The notes under the pieces were generated by a model. It did not search any database and was not told where the DNA came from. It saw only the letters and a list, made by a program, of their open reading frames with translations. DNA of 64,000 nt from Coniocarpon cinnabarinum (Eukaryota): NCBI GenBank assembly GCA_051942205.1, contig JAVECO010000110.1, positions 1 to 64,000 on the forward strand. The letters run 5' to 3'. Numbering within the stretch: the stretch's first letter is position 1; each line of letters opens with the position of its first letter. The translations under genes were made by a program, and so were the position numbers. Positions 51,095-63,959 of this stretch are shown here, in pieces.

Positions 51095-52606
51095 CTAATC
51101 ACTATCACTGTCGTCGGCCTTCTTCCTCTTCTTACCACCATGACTGCGACCCACGCCCTCAACTTTCAAACTGAACAGATACGTCCTTGCATCTCTGTCT
51201 TCACCACGCCATCGTCCCGGTCTCCTATTTCCATTGTCTTTGCGCTCATATATTTCCGCGCCCCTCTGCTGCTCTGCTGTCTCCCCTTCTGAGTCACCGT
51301 CATCGCTAAACCCTCGCCATTCTTCCTGTTCAGCCGCCTCATCTCCTTCCCCATCTTTAGCATGTTCATTCGCCATTTCATCCGCCATTTCATCCGCCAT
51401 TTTATCCGCCATCTCGTCTGCCATTTGGTCCGCCATCTCATCTGCCATTTTGTCCGCCATCTCGTATGCCATCTCGTTCACCGTCTCGTCCGGTTCGTCC
51501 ACTACCTTGTCCGTCGTCTCATTCGTCACCTCATTGGCAATCCCATGCGCTATTTCACTCGCCATCTCACTCGCCATCTCATCCGCTATGCCATCACTTC
51601 CCCCCTTATGCGACTCAACACGATCTTGACCCTCGTCCCCTTCGTTGTCCGCATCTTCAACACCACCAGCATTTTCTCCCCCACCACCCCCTTGTTGTCT
51701 GCTTCTCAGATTCCCCAACGTTCTCGCATGCTCATATCCCTCCCAAGCACCCCAATCAAATTTCCAACTCCGCTCAACCACAAATCCACAATGTCGTGCC
51801 AGATCCCGGATATTCCAAAGTGTATACGGCTCCCGTTCAAAAAGCGTCACCATCACTTTTCCTGCCTCCCCTCCTGGTCCATCTCGCGGTACACTATCGC
51901 CTTTTTGCTTCTTGCTTTCTTGTTCACCATGGCGTGCGGCAGTGTCGGGCTTCGAATTGTGCATACTGTTGGAGGGGGTTGAAGGGTGACGGAGAACTGC
52001 TTTGCTTGCATTGAAGAAGTCAACGAGTAGAGACTGATTGTGCCGCACTTGTCGATTCACATCCGTCGACAGACCTCCAACATGCGGGAAATTAAAGATC
52101 ACAAAATCAAAGCTTTTCTTCTTAAGCGCCTTATAACTCCCCAGCTTCCTCGCATCGATCCCATACAGCACCGTTGCCGGCGTGCTCTTCTTCTTCAGCC
52201 CTTCTAGACCGCGATTATGTTCTCTCGCATATTCACGCGCGTCATTGTCGAAATCGTCAAGATCCAAGAACTCATCTTGGATGGTTTGATCGCCGGGTGT
52301 TGCGTATTCAAGTCCCGCGATGTAATGTGCAGATTGGGGATATTTTTGTAAGAGTCCATCACGACTGTCAAAACATGTCGCTGTTAGACTCTGGAATGTG
52401 TGACGGTGTTTAGTATAGAGACTATGCGCGAAGGAGAAGTCGCCTTCGCCGATGAGGAGGAGATTGGCGTTGGTCGGCCATGGACGGGGTGAAGCCTGTT
52501 GTGAGGGTTGGTGATGCGGAATGGTCTTTTTGGATGACCCTTGAGGAGCGTGCGGGTATTTGGGCGAGACCGACTGGCTTTTGGACAGGCGTTGGCGTTT
52601 AGGCAT
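51095..52606 (-). CDS. BMT5: 25S rRNA (uridine-N3) methyltransferase, DUF2431
   Basis: LLIGEGDFSFA, FNFPHVGG, DVNRQVRHNQ, PYTLWNIRDLAR, YEHARTLG. Confidence 0.9.
   Translation of the reverse strand: MPKRQRLSKSQSVSPKYPHAPQGSSKKTIPHHQPSQQASPRPWPTNANLLLIGEGDFSFAHSLYTKHRHTFQSLTATCFDSRDGLLQKYPQSAHYIAGLEYATPGDQTIQDEFLDLDDFDNDAREYAREHNRGLEGLKKKSTPATVLYGIDARKLGSYKALKKKSFDFVIFNFPHVGGLSTDVNRQVRHNQSLLVDFFNASKAVLRHPSTPSNSMHNSKPDTAARHGEQESKKQKGDSVPRDGPGGEAGKVMVTLFEREPYTLWNIRDLARHCGFVVERSWKFDWGAWEGYEHARTLGNLRSRQQGGGGGENAGGVEDADNEGDEGQDRVESHKGGSDGIADEMASEMASEIAHGIANEVTNETTDKVVDEPDETVNEMAYEMADKMADEMADQMADEMADKMADEMADEMANEHAKDGEGDEAAEQEEWRGFSDDGDSEGETAEQQRGAEIYERKDNGNRRPGRWRGEDRDARTYLFSLKVEGVGRSHGGKKRKKADDSDSD
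51366..51592 (-). repeat. Coding 12-bp tandem repeat (EMAD-like units) within BMT5
   Basis: Translation EMADKMADEMADQMADEMADKMADEMADEMANE. Confidence 0.85.
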
Positions 52607-53175
52607 GGGAGCTCGATGTGGCTCATTGTGAACGGGGTGGCATTTCGTGAAGTCGATTTCGGCCTGAAAACGGAGGCGTCGACGCAATATCATTCAAGCT
52701 GTGATATAGTCGTACAATAACAAAGAACTTCATCAATCCAGATTTACGACGAACGTCTTCAGGGACACGAAAATACATGTCACGTGTGCAAGACGCATTA
52801 TGGTCGGGCACGGAAGTCCAACACAAACCATACGCTCGCTAACTTCGCAAGGGCTTGCTCGTCCTTGGAAATTCGTCATCAAGATTATGTATACACAGTG
52901 CTATTCCATCCCTAGGTTCCGTCTGCCCAAATGCAGTCAGTGCCCGGTCGGGATTGCTGAGCCACCCTCGCAATCCCTTAGAAATCCTCAATCCTTCATA
53001 ACGTACATTGACCTGCCTGTCTTTCGCGGGAATGCCCTTCCACATTGCTGCTAATTGAGTAGCGAATTGACGCGCTAGGTGTCTCCTGTCAAGACCGTAC
53101 ACGAAGCTCGGTCCTGGGGGCGCCTTCCATGATCGCTAGGTTGTTGAACACGCGGTTGCCAAAAGCAGGAGCCTT

Positions 53176-55435
53176 CTAGAGCGTGACTTTGATCCTGTCG
53201 TTTTGTCCAAACGGCGCGACGCAAATGGGACACTTCCTGGCCCTGTTATTGTATCTTTCGTCGATGCAAGTCTGGCAGAACACGTGACCGCACGCCTTCA
53301 AAGCGATATCCTTGAAGTTCTTGCGGCAAATGGTACAGGTGGCGATCTGCTTCAGCATCTCGTACTCCTCATTCTTGGCACCAGTGCTGCGTTTCTTCCA
53401 CGTCTCGAGGCTCTTTTGCGTTTCCTCTAGTCGCACCTTGAGCTCAGCTGTCTCGATCTCACAATGTCGGCTCGACTGTTGTGAAGTCTTGACAGTCTCG
53501 TCTTTCGCTGTGAGCTGTTTTTGTAGTTCCGCGACCTGAGTAGTAAGCCGCTCGCTCTTCGTCTTGAAGTCATATTCACGTTGTTGGATGTCACGATGAT
53601 TCTTTTCCACATGTGCGAGAGAGTCCTTCAGATCGGCCATCTGTTTCTCGAGCTGGACAGTAAAGGATCGTCGATGCGTCTCGGCTTCTTTGTGCTGCGA
53701 CACCAGCTCTGTAGTCTTCGTCTGCTGCTGTCGCAATGCTCGGAGCTCGGCTGACTGTGCTTGTTTCGCCTTCTCCGTCTGGAAATATTTCTGGTTTGCC
53801 TTCTCCTTCTCTGCATTGACCAGAGAGAGTCTTTTTTCGAGGTCCGCAGCGTTGCTGAGCTTCTGCGAGCCAGCGGCAACAGCTCTCTTGTATGATTTCT
53901 CCATAGCGCTCAATTCCTGCATCAGCATTTTGTTTTCGCTCAGCACTGATTGCACCTTGGCGCGCAACGCGTCGGTGTCTAGATCGCTTGGATCTTCCGC
54001 GTCATCGGGTGGCTTGCCTTCCGCAGCCTGATTCAGTCGCTCCACTTCGGACTCCAGAGATGTTATTCTAGAGTCTTTCGCCGTGCTCAGCTCTGCGTTT
54101 CTTGCTTCGGACTCAGTGTTCTCCTTTTGCTGAGCCTGAGTAACAGCAAGATCTTGCAGAGCATTGTCTCGCTCATTTCTAATGCGTTGTAAATCGAGAC
54201 CGAGCCGCGTCACTTGACTCTCTGAATCCTTGATTGCGGTCTCCTGCTCTTTCTCCATCTCCTCCTTGTAACTCGTGCGCTCCGCGTGGAGTTGTTTGAT
54301 CTCGGCGCGAAGCTGTGTATGAACAGCTTGCAAATCGTTGACGCGTTTAATGACATCCTCGTGCTGAGCCTTGAGTGTCTTGTACAGCTCCGTGTGTGAA
54401 TAGTCCTCATCTGACAAGGTCACACTCTTCGACCGCGCTGCCGTCAGATCATCTAGCAGCCTCATATTCTCTTCCTCAAGCTTATTTAAGGTTTCTTTGG
54501 TCTTATCTCTTGACGCTAGCGCTTCTCGCTTGGCAGCTTCGACTTCTGCAGAAGCCTCCGTAGAAACTCCATTGACAAGCCTTTTCTCCTCTGCCTTGAT
54601 CGCTGATGGACTCATGTCATCCTCGTCCATCTTCGGCGGCTGTTTTGCCTGCGCTTCAAGTTTTTGCACGGGTTGACTCTTTAATCGGTCCAGCTTCTTC
54701 TCTGCCATCATGTATCTCATAGACGCATTCTCTAACCGTTCTTCAAGCAAATTCACTTGGCTGTCAAGTCCTTGCAGTTCCACGACGTGTTTCTTTTCAG
54801 CCACAAGAAGCTCCGCTATGCGCGTCTGCAGTTTCGACGTCTCAGGATCTGTCTGTGACCGCCGTGAGAAAATGCGCTTTATCGCAGCCCTAATGTCATC
54901 AGATTTTTTTGCCAAGTGCTCCTCGAATCGTTCTGTACTGCTTGTGAACAGAGACGATTCAAAAGGCGTGAATGCAGGGGTCTCTTCGGCTGACTCGTCG
55001 TTATTGCACACAAGAACAACTTCATCAAGCAGCTGCGAAAACCATCCGTCGATTACTCTTAAATGATCGTCATGATATTGCGCATGCTTGCGCACGCTTT
55101 CTAGGTCGTCTTTGGCGGTCTTAGCCTCCCTTTGATGCTCCTTCAGCCTGCGGAAAAGGGCGTCCTTCTGAAATGCCTGACATACAACATCCGTCAGTCT
55201 GACTTTCTCGGACAGCAAAAGCTGACTATGTAGTTTGAGCTCGACGTACTTCAATGTCGTCCTTCCAGGGCATGTCCGCGTCAGGGTGTTGGCTGTTGCT
55301 GTTCGTGGAGGTCGCCTGCTTCTTCAGAGGAGGCGCAGAGCGGCTGTCATCATCGAGCGCTGGCCGCTTGCGGTCCTCCATCTTCAATGTCTCGACAGAT
55401 ACCATTGAAGCGGGTAGGGATGCGGCAAGTTTCAT
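53176..55435 (-). CDS. BRE1: E3 ubiquitin ligase for histone H2B
   Basis: MEDRKRP N-terminus, long coiled coil, C-terminal C3HC4 RING; one intron near 55178-55249. Confidence 0.93.
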
Positions 55436-55956
55436 CGGCGCTGATTAGGGATGGCTGCCTCCTTCTTGATGCGACGACGCTGTACAGTCCTCTACCGGCG
55501 GCCTGCCAGTCCTGTCGCTAATGTCAGTGAGAAACACGATCGGCGGTGCGTTATTCATTGAAGGGTATCTTCGCCGTCAGCTGAAGCAGGGCAAGGCTTC
55601 GAGAGGGAGAGCGATGTAGGAAATGAGGATTGAAGACCTGCTTAGTCAATCAGCCCTACGGCTTGGCGGTTGTCGGTCCCGAGTAGGTAAGCATCACGTG
55701 AACCGTCTTAGATTGACTTTACTTAGACTCACCTATCGACCTGCATCTTCCCGGGCAAATACGATTGGCTCATTCCAATCCAATCTTGCATGCAGCCGTT
55801 GACTTGTTATTGACAGCACCTGGATCATGATACTGCTACAAAACCGTCGAGCCGTGCTTGTATCACAAGACTCCTATTAGTAGCATGAGGCAACACTACT
55901 AGCTAAAATGACGCTGCCGATGCGTTTTGAGATTTGAGAAACAAAAGGTTTCCAAA

Positions 55957-58179
55957 ATGCTTGACCGACCAAAACGAACCCTTAAAAGACCTAAGAGGGT
56001 CTCTGACGAAGTGCCCAATGCCGGTGTAGTTAGCGAAAGCACAGGCACTGGCCCTAGCACCGCACGTTCGAGCAAATCCCATAAGCCGCCGTCTCGTAAA
56101 AATGCAGCGTCGCCGAAAGCTCCAGCGAGGAAGGACAAGAATGTGAGTCGAGGAAAACACGCAAATGAGGGTCGTGCAAGTCGCGGAAAGCGGAAGCAAG
56201 TACGCTCCTCACATGATGAGCCAGCACCGCAGAGCGAGCCAAATGCGGAAGCTGCTGGTAATGCTGCGCCTGTCAATCCCTCCAAGAATCACTCAACTGG
56301 CACCGGGCGCAAACGAAGGCGGCTGGATCCACCTGAGCCTGCCGAAAGTACGCAGTCGATCGCGCAACACAACGGTGAGGCCGCGAGTCAAGTCACCCCC
56401 AATGATAGCGGCAAGAGGGGAAAGAAGCGTCCGCGCCCCGCTCAAGGCACCGCAGAAGATGGTGGCATTGAGCAAAATGCAGAGAATAACATCGGAAACC
56501 CGACTGGCGCCCAACGCAAGCGTCAGCGCACCAAGAAATCAACTTCTAACCAAAATGCAGCCCGTCAAGCCCTTGATCAGAATGACACCGGTGCCAGCGG
56601 TCCGAATCAACCAGACAACGAATCAACAATGAATGCAGAAAGTGATCCAAATGGCGGCTGGGACCGTATCTCAGCTAAGAAACCCAGACAGAAGCCAAAA
56701 CGAGCACGTTCGAAAAAGACGCAGCCAGCGTCTGAAGGGCCCACTAACGCAGCGGATACGACTAGCGGTGACGCTGCAAATTCAGAGGCGCATAAAAATG
56801 GCACTACTGCGGCGGACACTGAACAAAATCTGGATGCGGAGACCCAGAAAGCCAATGGTACTCGAAGAAAACGCCGTCAATCCGCACCTGATGAGGACGA
56901 CGAAGATCACATGATCGATCCCCAAGCCACCGTGATGTGGGATCTCACACGCGACAGCCGCAAAGGCAAAGTGTCAAACCTGGAACGAGCTTTCCGTCAA
57001 ATCAACTGGAAAGAAGTCAAGAAACGCAAAGAGGAAGAGGCCCTCCGCGCGCTCGAAGCCCCAGATGACGAAGACAACGAAGGCGGCGACGGCGATCACG
57101 CGGACGAACTGACAGCCCGTCTCGAAGCAGCCGACGCCACAGCACAAGCGACCTCAGGCGCCGTCAATAACGCCGCGCCCGAGATCAAAATCGTCAACGG
57201 CCAACTCGTCTTTGGCGACGCCGCCCAACCCGATGCCGCACCAGACTCTCAAGCTACCGCAGAAGCCCAGGCCTTAGCCGCTGAGACCGACGCCAACAAC
57301 GACAACACCATCAACGGCTACGCCGAGTCAGACCTCACCAACCATATCACCACCGTTTCCTGGCTCGGCGCGAACAAACGCCACAAACTCGAGCGCCACG
57401 TCGCCGGCCGCGGCGGTAACCGCTGGACCGACGTCGAAACGGATAAATTCTACGAAGCCATCCGCATTTTCGGAGCGGACTTCACGATCATCCAGAAGAT
57501 GTTTCCGGAGCGGACGCGCCGGCAGATCAAGCTCAAGTTTGTGAGGGAGGAGAAAGGTCATCCGGCGAAGATGAGGAGTGTGATGGTGGGACCGACGAGT
57601 GAGAAGGCGCCAATGAGTTTGGAGAAGTACGTGGAGATGACGGGGATGGATCCGGGTCCGCTATCAAGAGAAAGCACTCGAGACGTTCAAGGAGGCGCGG
57701 ATGGCGCAGATGGCGACGCTATGGGGAATGGTGAGGTGCGAGCGTCGTTGGATCCTATTGGTATTGGGCGCTTGTTCAAAGATCCGAGAATACTTGACAA
57801 CGAACTCGCGATGGAACGCGAGCGGCAAATGCTCGAGCTACAAGAAGAGCAACAAGCGCTCGAAGAAAGCGTAAAGTTGAAGAGGGAGCGCGCCCGTGAA
57901 CGACAAAAGGAGAAGGAAAAGGCGAGGAGAGAGAAGAACAAGAAGAGCAAAGGAAAGGGCGGTGATACTGGTGGTACTGGAGGTGATGCGGATGCTGGTG
58001 CAGAGGGAGTGAATGGTGGTGAGGGAAGGGAAATTGCAGACACCGTTGAAGCTGAGGACGGTATCCCGCATGATGACGAGTTGGGGGAGGCGGTCGATCT
58101 GGGGAGCGATGCTGGCTATGATCAGTTTGGCGATGATGACTATGATGGCGGACATGCTGAGCCGTCGATTGAGGCTTGA
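55957..58179 (+). CDS. BDP1: TFIIIB subunit B'' (SANT domain)
   Basis: MWDLTRDSRKGKVS, APEIKIVNGQLV, WTDVETDKFYEAIRIFGADFTIIQKMFPERTRRQIKLKFVREE; true start uncertain. Confidence 0.88.
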   Translation: MLDRPKRTLKRPKRVSDEVPNAGVVSESTGTGPSTARSSKSHKPPSRKNAASPKAPARKDKNVSRGKHANEGRASRGKRKQVRSSHDEPAPQSEPNAEAAGNAAPVNPSKNHSTGTGRKRRRLDPPEPAESTQSIAQHNGEAASQVTPNDSGKRGKKRPRPAQGTAEDGGIEQNAENNIGNPTGAQRKRQRTKKSTSNQNAARQALDQNDTGASGPNQPDNESTMNAESDPNGGWDRISAKKPRQKPKRARSKKTQPASEGPTNAADTTSGDAANSEAHKNGTTAADTEQNLDAETQKANGTRRKRRQSAPDEDDEDHMIDPQATVMWDLTRDSRKGKVSNLERAFRQINWKEVKKRKEEEALRALEAPDDEDNEGGDGDHADELTARLEAADATAQATSGAVNNAAPEIKIVNGQLVFGDAAQPDAAPDSQATAEAQALAAETDANNDNTINGYAESDLTNHITTVSWLGANKRHKLERHVAGRGGNRWTDVETDKFYEAIRIFGADFTIIQKMFPERTRRQIKLKFVREEKGHPAKMRSVMVGPTSEKAPMSLEKYVEMTGMDPGPLSRESTRDVQGGADGADGDAMGNGEVRASLDPIGIGRLFKDPRILDNELAMERERQMLELQEEQQALEESVKLKRERARERQKEKEKARREKNKKSKGKGGDTGGTGGDADAGAEGVNGGEGREIADTVEAEDGIPHDDELGEAVDLGSDAGYDQFGDDDYDGGHAEPSIEA

Positions 58180-59004
58180 TTTGGGTTGATATATGGTCAT
58201 CTCGTGTTCTTTTGAAGATCACGCCGTTGATGCTCTATTCCAGACGATAATGCATTCAAGACCCGAATATGAATGACAGAAGAACGCTCGCCGCGTTCAG
58301 AACCTCAATCACATGTGTTTCGACTGCTGAGATCGTAGAGCCCAACTTTCTATGCCGCTTTTTATAGACGCTGATCATTGTCAGGTCGCGTGCAATTCAC
58401 TCATCCAGTGGCTTTACGATCCTTAATGTCTCAACATTCGCCCACTGAACTGGCGCATACGACTCGAATATTAGGCAAAGTCTCGATCATGACTTTGATG
58501 AGCCACACCTATATTGTCATTTTGATCACATAATGCATTCCTTTTATCGCCAATTTTTTGCGGATAGCACATCTTTTCATCGCAGCGGGCAAGCCCGAAA
58601 ATGGATTGAGAGCATGTTACGGCTTTGTCACTGCTTGAAATAGATCAGAATGTATTTCGGGTCATCTTGGGAACTCGAGAGAACAGTTGAATATAGTGGC
58701 GTATGTGCTGCTATATCCATGCTATGACTCATAAATGTAGCAATAATCAGGTCTTTAAAGCGCAAAATCGACAAGTCATGTATAGCTACCAGTTTTAATG
58801 GTCGATGATCTTATCGGAGGCGACTACTGCATCGGCGAAAATAGAATAAATATTTGCTACACAAAGTGTTGGTCACATCGTGATGTTGATAGCCGATAAC
58901 GCCCTATACCTAATAATTACGCCTCTATAAAAGTGCTTGATTGACTTGTATCCGTATAGTCTAAACTTCTAAGAAGTCACTTTACCTTCTAGGTAGTTTA
59001 CTAT

Positions 59005-59165
59005 CCTGCTACTCTACTTTTCTGCTACTTTACTATTTTACCTTTCTGCTACTTTACTTTTCTGCTACTTCACCTTCTCGCCCCTTTACCTTCCCGCTCC
59101 TTCACCTTCCCATCACTTCACCTTTCCGCCACTTCACCTTTCTACAACTTTACCTTTCCGCTACT
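59005..59165. repeat. 16-bp minisatellite, consensus TTYACCTTTCCGCYAC, about 9-10 degenerate units
   Basis: Consecutive units TTCACCTTCCCATCAC, TTCACCTTTCCGCCAC, TTCACCTTTCTACAAC, TTTACCTTTCCGCTAC in a locally AT-rich patch. Confidence 0.8.
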
Positions 59166-60110
59166 TGCGCATATTTACGCTAATACCGTCAAGTTTCTAT
59201 TAGTAATACCTATCAAGACTATGAGATAGATAGAAATCAGGTTCTCGCGCCGATGATTCTTGATTAGTGCCCATTACACGACCGCCATGTTGGACTTCCC
59301 GTTGTGCACCATCGGATTAGACGTCTGCACGTGCTTCCAACAGATATGCTTTTGATAGATATGCTTCTCCTAGACTGTTTGGTGATGTGCTCTTGCTGAC
59401 CGGAAAGAGAGCTAACGCGAATGAAGCGTGCAAGCAAGCACCGGACAAAGTCTTTCTGCAATATTTAAATATATGGGAGTACGGGAACACCAAAACGAAT
59501 TAACCTTTAAGCGAGCGATTACCTGGATTCTACCTGCTAGTCCTTAGCGTTCGGTGCTGTTTACGCCAGAAGCGCAAAAATTCGTGCTTGAGAGAGCTTG
59601 ATTGGCTTGAAATGATTGATTGTGCCTTATCGAAGCTCCAAGGTATCTGATGAATGGTGACATGTTGCGAGATTGTTGTCATTGCAATGCCACACATATG
59701 TGCTGGACTTCCTGTCAATAGATGGCGAGCAAGCGAGCTGTCCGCGATCTCTGGGGAGCTGGCGATGCTGGTCCGGATTAATAAGGCTGTCGAAGTCGCA
59801 CTGAAGGCCATCTCAGACGTAGCTTTCATTTTGTAAATCGCCACGTGAGGGTGGCAGGTATTACCTTATCACGGCGCACGTAAATCGCTCCTGTGGATGC
59901 TCCGAAACAATGCTAGGGCGGTAATGATCAATCTTTGCGCTGAGTATGGCAATCATCGCTGCAACCATGCCTGCCATTCATTGAAAGGAAACTTTGGGCG
60001 TCTAGGAGTCTCTTCCTTAGACCGCTAGTCTATACCCAGCTCTCGGCTCCACGCTCAAGCTCTCAAAATACCATCCGCAGATTTTCGCAATGCCGACGCA
60101 GCCCACGTGC

Positions 60111-60671
60111 TTACACTAATGACTTCACGACGATCCAATCCGTCGTGACCGTGTCCCCCGTCCAAAATCCATGCTCCCCCACCTTCTCAAACCCATGCTT
60201 GAGATAAAACTTCTGCGCCCTCCAATTCTCCTCGTAAACACCCAACCACATCGTGCGAAACCCCTGGTCGATCGCCGAGTTGAAACACCTCTGCATGAGC
60301 AATTTCCCGACGCCCGCGCTCTGCAACCGGCTGTCGACGTACAGCCGCCAGAGCTCAATGCGTTTCGGGTAGGATTCAACGCAGGGCTCGTGGGCGCCGT
60401 AGCGGAGGTAGGCGAAACCTGCGACGCAAGGATCGGGGCCAGCTGTGCTGGCGACGAAGATTGTGTAGGAGGGGTCTGAGAGATCGGAGAGAATTTGCGG
60501 CGCGGTATAGAACTCGTCTAGATATTTGACGAGATCTTCGGGGGTCATGGTATGGGCAAATTCTACGGAGAAGACGGAGCGGCCGATGTCGACGATTTGG
60601 TGCACGTCGGCTTCAGTTGCGGGCCGAACCTGGAAGGCGGGTGAGGGCTGAGCCTCGGGCGTAACGGCCAT
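60111..60671 (-). CDS. GNAT N-acetyltransferase (PaiA-like)
   Basis: ELWRLYVD, QSAGVGKLLM, MWLGVYEENWRAQKFYLKHGF. Confidence 0.9.
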   Translation of the reverse strand: MAVTPEAQPSPAFQVRPATEADVHQIVDIGRSVFSVEFAHTMTPEDLVKYLDEFYTAPQILSDLSDPSYTIFVASTAGPDPCVAGFAYLRYGAHEPCVESYPKRIELWRLYVDSRLQSAGVGKLLMQRCFNSAIDQGFRTMWLGVYEENWRAQKFYLKHGFEKVGEHGFWTGDTVTTDWIVVKSLV

Positions 60672-61066
60672 GATGTTGCTGTGCAATAGTGACGAGATTC
60701 TAGACTCTGAAACAGTGATTCGGCACTGGGTTGTTATTGGATGACGCAGGGGCCGTTGGGGCGACGGATCAATGATGGATTATTAGGGGTGATTGAAGGA
60801 TCGCAGATTAGACACGTCTTTATCTTTTTCTCCAAAACAGTGCAACGACGACTTCGCAACTTCCAGTAGCTTCTGAACTTCCGTTTATTTCTGTGCAGTC
60901 CAAGAAGTCCAGTCATCGAGTAAAGGGCGTATCTTGTGTATACCATGGAGACGCCGTCAAGCGGCTAGGCGGCAGTTTCGGCCTCGGAGCTGACCTTCGG
61001 AGTCAATCGTCATTGGCTGAGCAAGTAGTGTACACACCACTCCATTTCACCCATCTTCGTACCCTC

Positions 61067-62211
61067 ATGTTGAGCGAGATGAACAAGATACCGGATGAGA
61101 TTTTCCTCGAGCCGCCGGCAGGTCGAGAGACGAAACATGCGATCTTGTTCATATCAGGCAATCCAGGATTGATTGCCTATTACAAGACCTTTCTGAACCG
61201 TATCCATGAGCAGGTCAACGCGCAAAACCCCAGAGTTGGCGTCGCAGTATATGGTAAAAGCCTGGGTGGGTTCGAAGTCAATAAGCAGTCCAAAGACATC
61301 CGACTACATTCCTTGGCAGACCAGGTCAAGCATATTCACGACGTCGTGAACGACTTAGGCAGGATATTGGCACAGAACGCAAGCAGTCCGGTGCCACTGA
61401 CCTTGGTCGGTCATTCAGCAGGCACCTACATCCTCTTGCGATGCCTGCAAGAGTATGATCAGTCCATGACCAACACCTCTGCTACCATCAAAGTCGTGGC
61501 CGGAATCCTGCTATTTCCCACCGTTGTAAATGTCGCGAAAAGCCCCGCGGGCATTAAATCAAAGTGGCCATTGTCACTCCCACTTGCTGCGCCGGTGGGT
61601 GGCAATGTAGCATGGGCCGCCGCTCAAGTCGTGCCTCGCAGTGTTTTGCGCAGTGTCATGGCGCAAACGCCTCCCTTCCGAGACGCACAGGCAGGGCCAG
61701 AGAAGGAAGATGCTCTTGAGACAAATGTAGCGTTTTTCAAGAGTCCTCTAGGAGTGGAAGAACTGATGTGAGTCATGTCTACATGTTTGCCACTGATCTT
61801 CCGAATGACTTGTCACAAAGACATCTTGCTGCAGATGAGATGAAAACCATCACGGAAGATCGTTTTGGTGAGGAAATATGGGGCTTTGATGGTTCCAATT
61901 CCTCTGAGAATACGAACCAGAGAGAGCGGCCAAAGATGTTCTTCTATTTTGGAAGCGAGGATCATTGGGTATCCAACACGACCAGAGAAGCCCTCATTGC
62001 ATCGCGCGCATATCAGTCGAAGGTTTCGGAAGAGCCCGTGGCGGCTCGAAAGAATTGGCATCAAGACAGTCGACCTTGGATGGAGATTGACCAGCACGGT
62101 ACAAACCATGCCTTTGGTATTTACGATAGTGGTGTCGTAGTGGACAAAGTATGCGAGTACATGGGCGTGGTGTTGTCGAATGGAGGGGAGAGCATGCTAT
62201 CCTATTCGTAG
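61067..62211 (+). CDS. Lipid droplet-associated serine hydrolase (LDAH family), 2 exons
   Basis: FISGNPGLIAYY, GHSAG, LFPTV, FYFGSEDHWV, HAF; intron near 61768-61820. Confidence 0.85.
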
Positions 62212-62452
62212 ATCCGCTTCCGGCACACAAGGCGCATCGGAAAAAGCAAACATCCACCACGTATCTTTAAAACAGAACTAATCGCAGATGGATCAAATTC
62301 CAGAGGCAGTGTAATAGCGGTACACTGCGAGAATGTGTCCACAGTATCCACAGCCCGTAATCAGCTGTTGGGCTCTTAACTTGCAAGTAATAGTGCAGCA
62401 ATTACGCCGAAGGCGCTCGACTGGAAACGATTTTTCGGAAGCCACCTCACGT

Positions 62453-63959
62453 CTAAAGAGGGCCGGACATGAGGAAAGCGTTAACTGCGTTCAATGTAGC
62501 TCTCGATGGGTTCGCTGCTGGCAGACGCACCGTGATGCGCGCAAGCTCGCGCTTGATAGTCGTTTTATCAACATGTGGGCTCTCAATTTGCTCGTCACAG
62601 TCCAGATCGATACTCAAGCGTTGAGCGCTGTCTGCAGCTGCTTGCCATTTGCACAGAACAGCCAGCGCCACTCCCACAGACAGATCCTTGCCGGTAGGAC
62701 ATAGGACAGCAATGGGCTGGTGCTCTCGCAGCAACGGCAAGAAATCAGACAGCTTGGTCAACTCGCGTCTGAGGTCACGTGAACCTTGTTTACCTTTGGC
62801 GCAACGTAAATGAAGAATGGGTGCATCACCGCCTGTTGCATCTTGTCCCTTTGTGGCCTTAGACGGGCCTATGAGAATCTGCGCGGCTTCGGGCGCAATT
62901 ACAGTAGTACTCCCCAAAGAGCCGACGAAGACGCAGGGCTTATTCGAAACTTGAGTGACCAGCTCTCGAGGATGTGCGCCAGCTGATGGATTTGTCTTAA
63001 TTGACGAAATCACATTGGGAAGATCGCACTCCTCTTCACCGAGGAGAAGAGCGCTATTCGCCCAGAAAAGTTCTGGAGTAAGGCCTTTAGCCCAGGTCTC
63101 GCTGTCGTCTCCTGCACCTTGGATGTACTCATGGTCATCCGGACGCTCGCTGTAATGCGACGCCATGCACAGATAAATACTGTTCGTGGATCCGGAGCGC
63201 TCATCTGAGTGCCCTAAGCTGCCAGATTTCAGGCTCCTAATCATCCACTGCGGGTCCAGTGGCTTGCGCAACTGTGCTCTCAACTTTTCTGGGTCGAGGT
63301 CAAGACTCTTTGTGAGTTAGTCGGTCCTTTGCACGAACTAGCGATGCTCTCACCTCAGCTTGCGCTACGAAATGCGGAATTCGAGACTGTATTTGTGTGC
63401 GCTCCGAGTCGCTGCTCAAGCGTGAATGCAACTTTACAGCCTGTGAACATGCATGGTGGGGGAACAACAGCGCGTTGAGCACGGCGCACCAGATGGGGAT
63501 GGTCTTCGCAATCGCATCAGGAGCGTCTGTGATACAAACTCAACATGCGATCAAACCGATTGACGTCGGAAGTGGGTCAGTGTGCCTACGCTTTCCTCTC
63601 CGCGTCGAGTCGACAATGATACAGCCCCCGTGTTCCCCAATAAGGGGCAAAAGATGCAAGTTCAAACGGCGTAGGCTGAAAGACCATTGGCCGAAGTGGC
63701 CGTCGGTGCTCTTGAAATACACACTGCCGGTCTTGAGTGGTGGAGGAACGTACCAGCTCCCACATCGTTCGTTAGCAATCAGGGGCAAATCCGTCGAGTG
63801 CTTCTGAGCAGTCACATAGGCGGCGTCGGCGTCGATGGAGCGCAGCCTCGCGCCAATGGAGTGTGAGGCCTGCGCATGGTGTATGTGCCGTGCCGTGCTC
63901 CCAATGCTGACAGCAGCAGGATAGAAATATAGGTCAGCCTGTGTGAGTGGAGAAGGCAT
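62453..63959 (-). CDS. RIT1: Initiator tRNA phosphoribosyltransferase, multi-exon
   Basis: NERCGSWY, YFKSTDGHFGQWSFSLRRLN, IVDSTRRGK, YIQGAGDDSETWA, GKDLSVG, NPSRATL. Confidence 0.93.

Noticed and set aside
51166..52413. Overlapping repetitive ORFs (FIRH, WRMK repeats)
   Set aside because: Alternative-frame shadows of the BMT5 coding repeat.
55957..58179. Functional link between BDP1 (Pol III factor) and the 5S fragment
   Set aside because: 36 kb apart; BDP1 sits among ordinary core genes.
60111..60671. Horizontal transfer of an intronless bacterial-like GNAT
   Set aside because: This GNAT type is common in filamentous fungi, and nothing in the sequence alone supports recent transfer.
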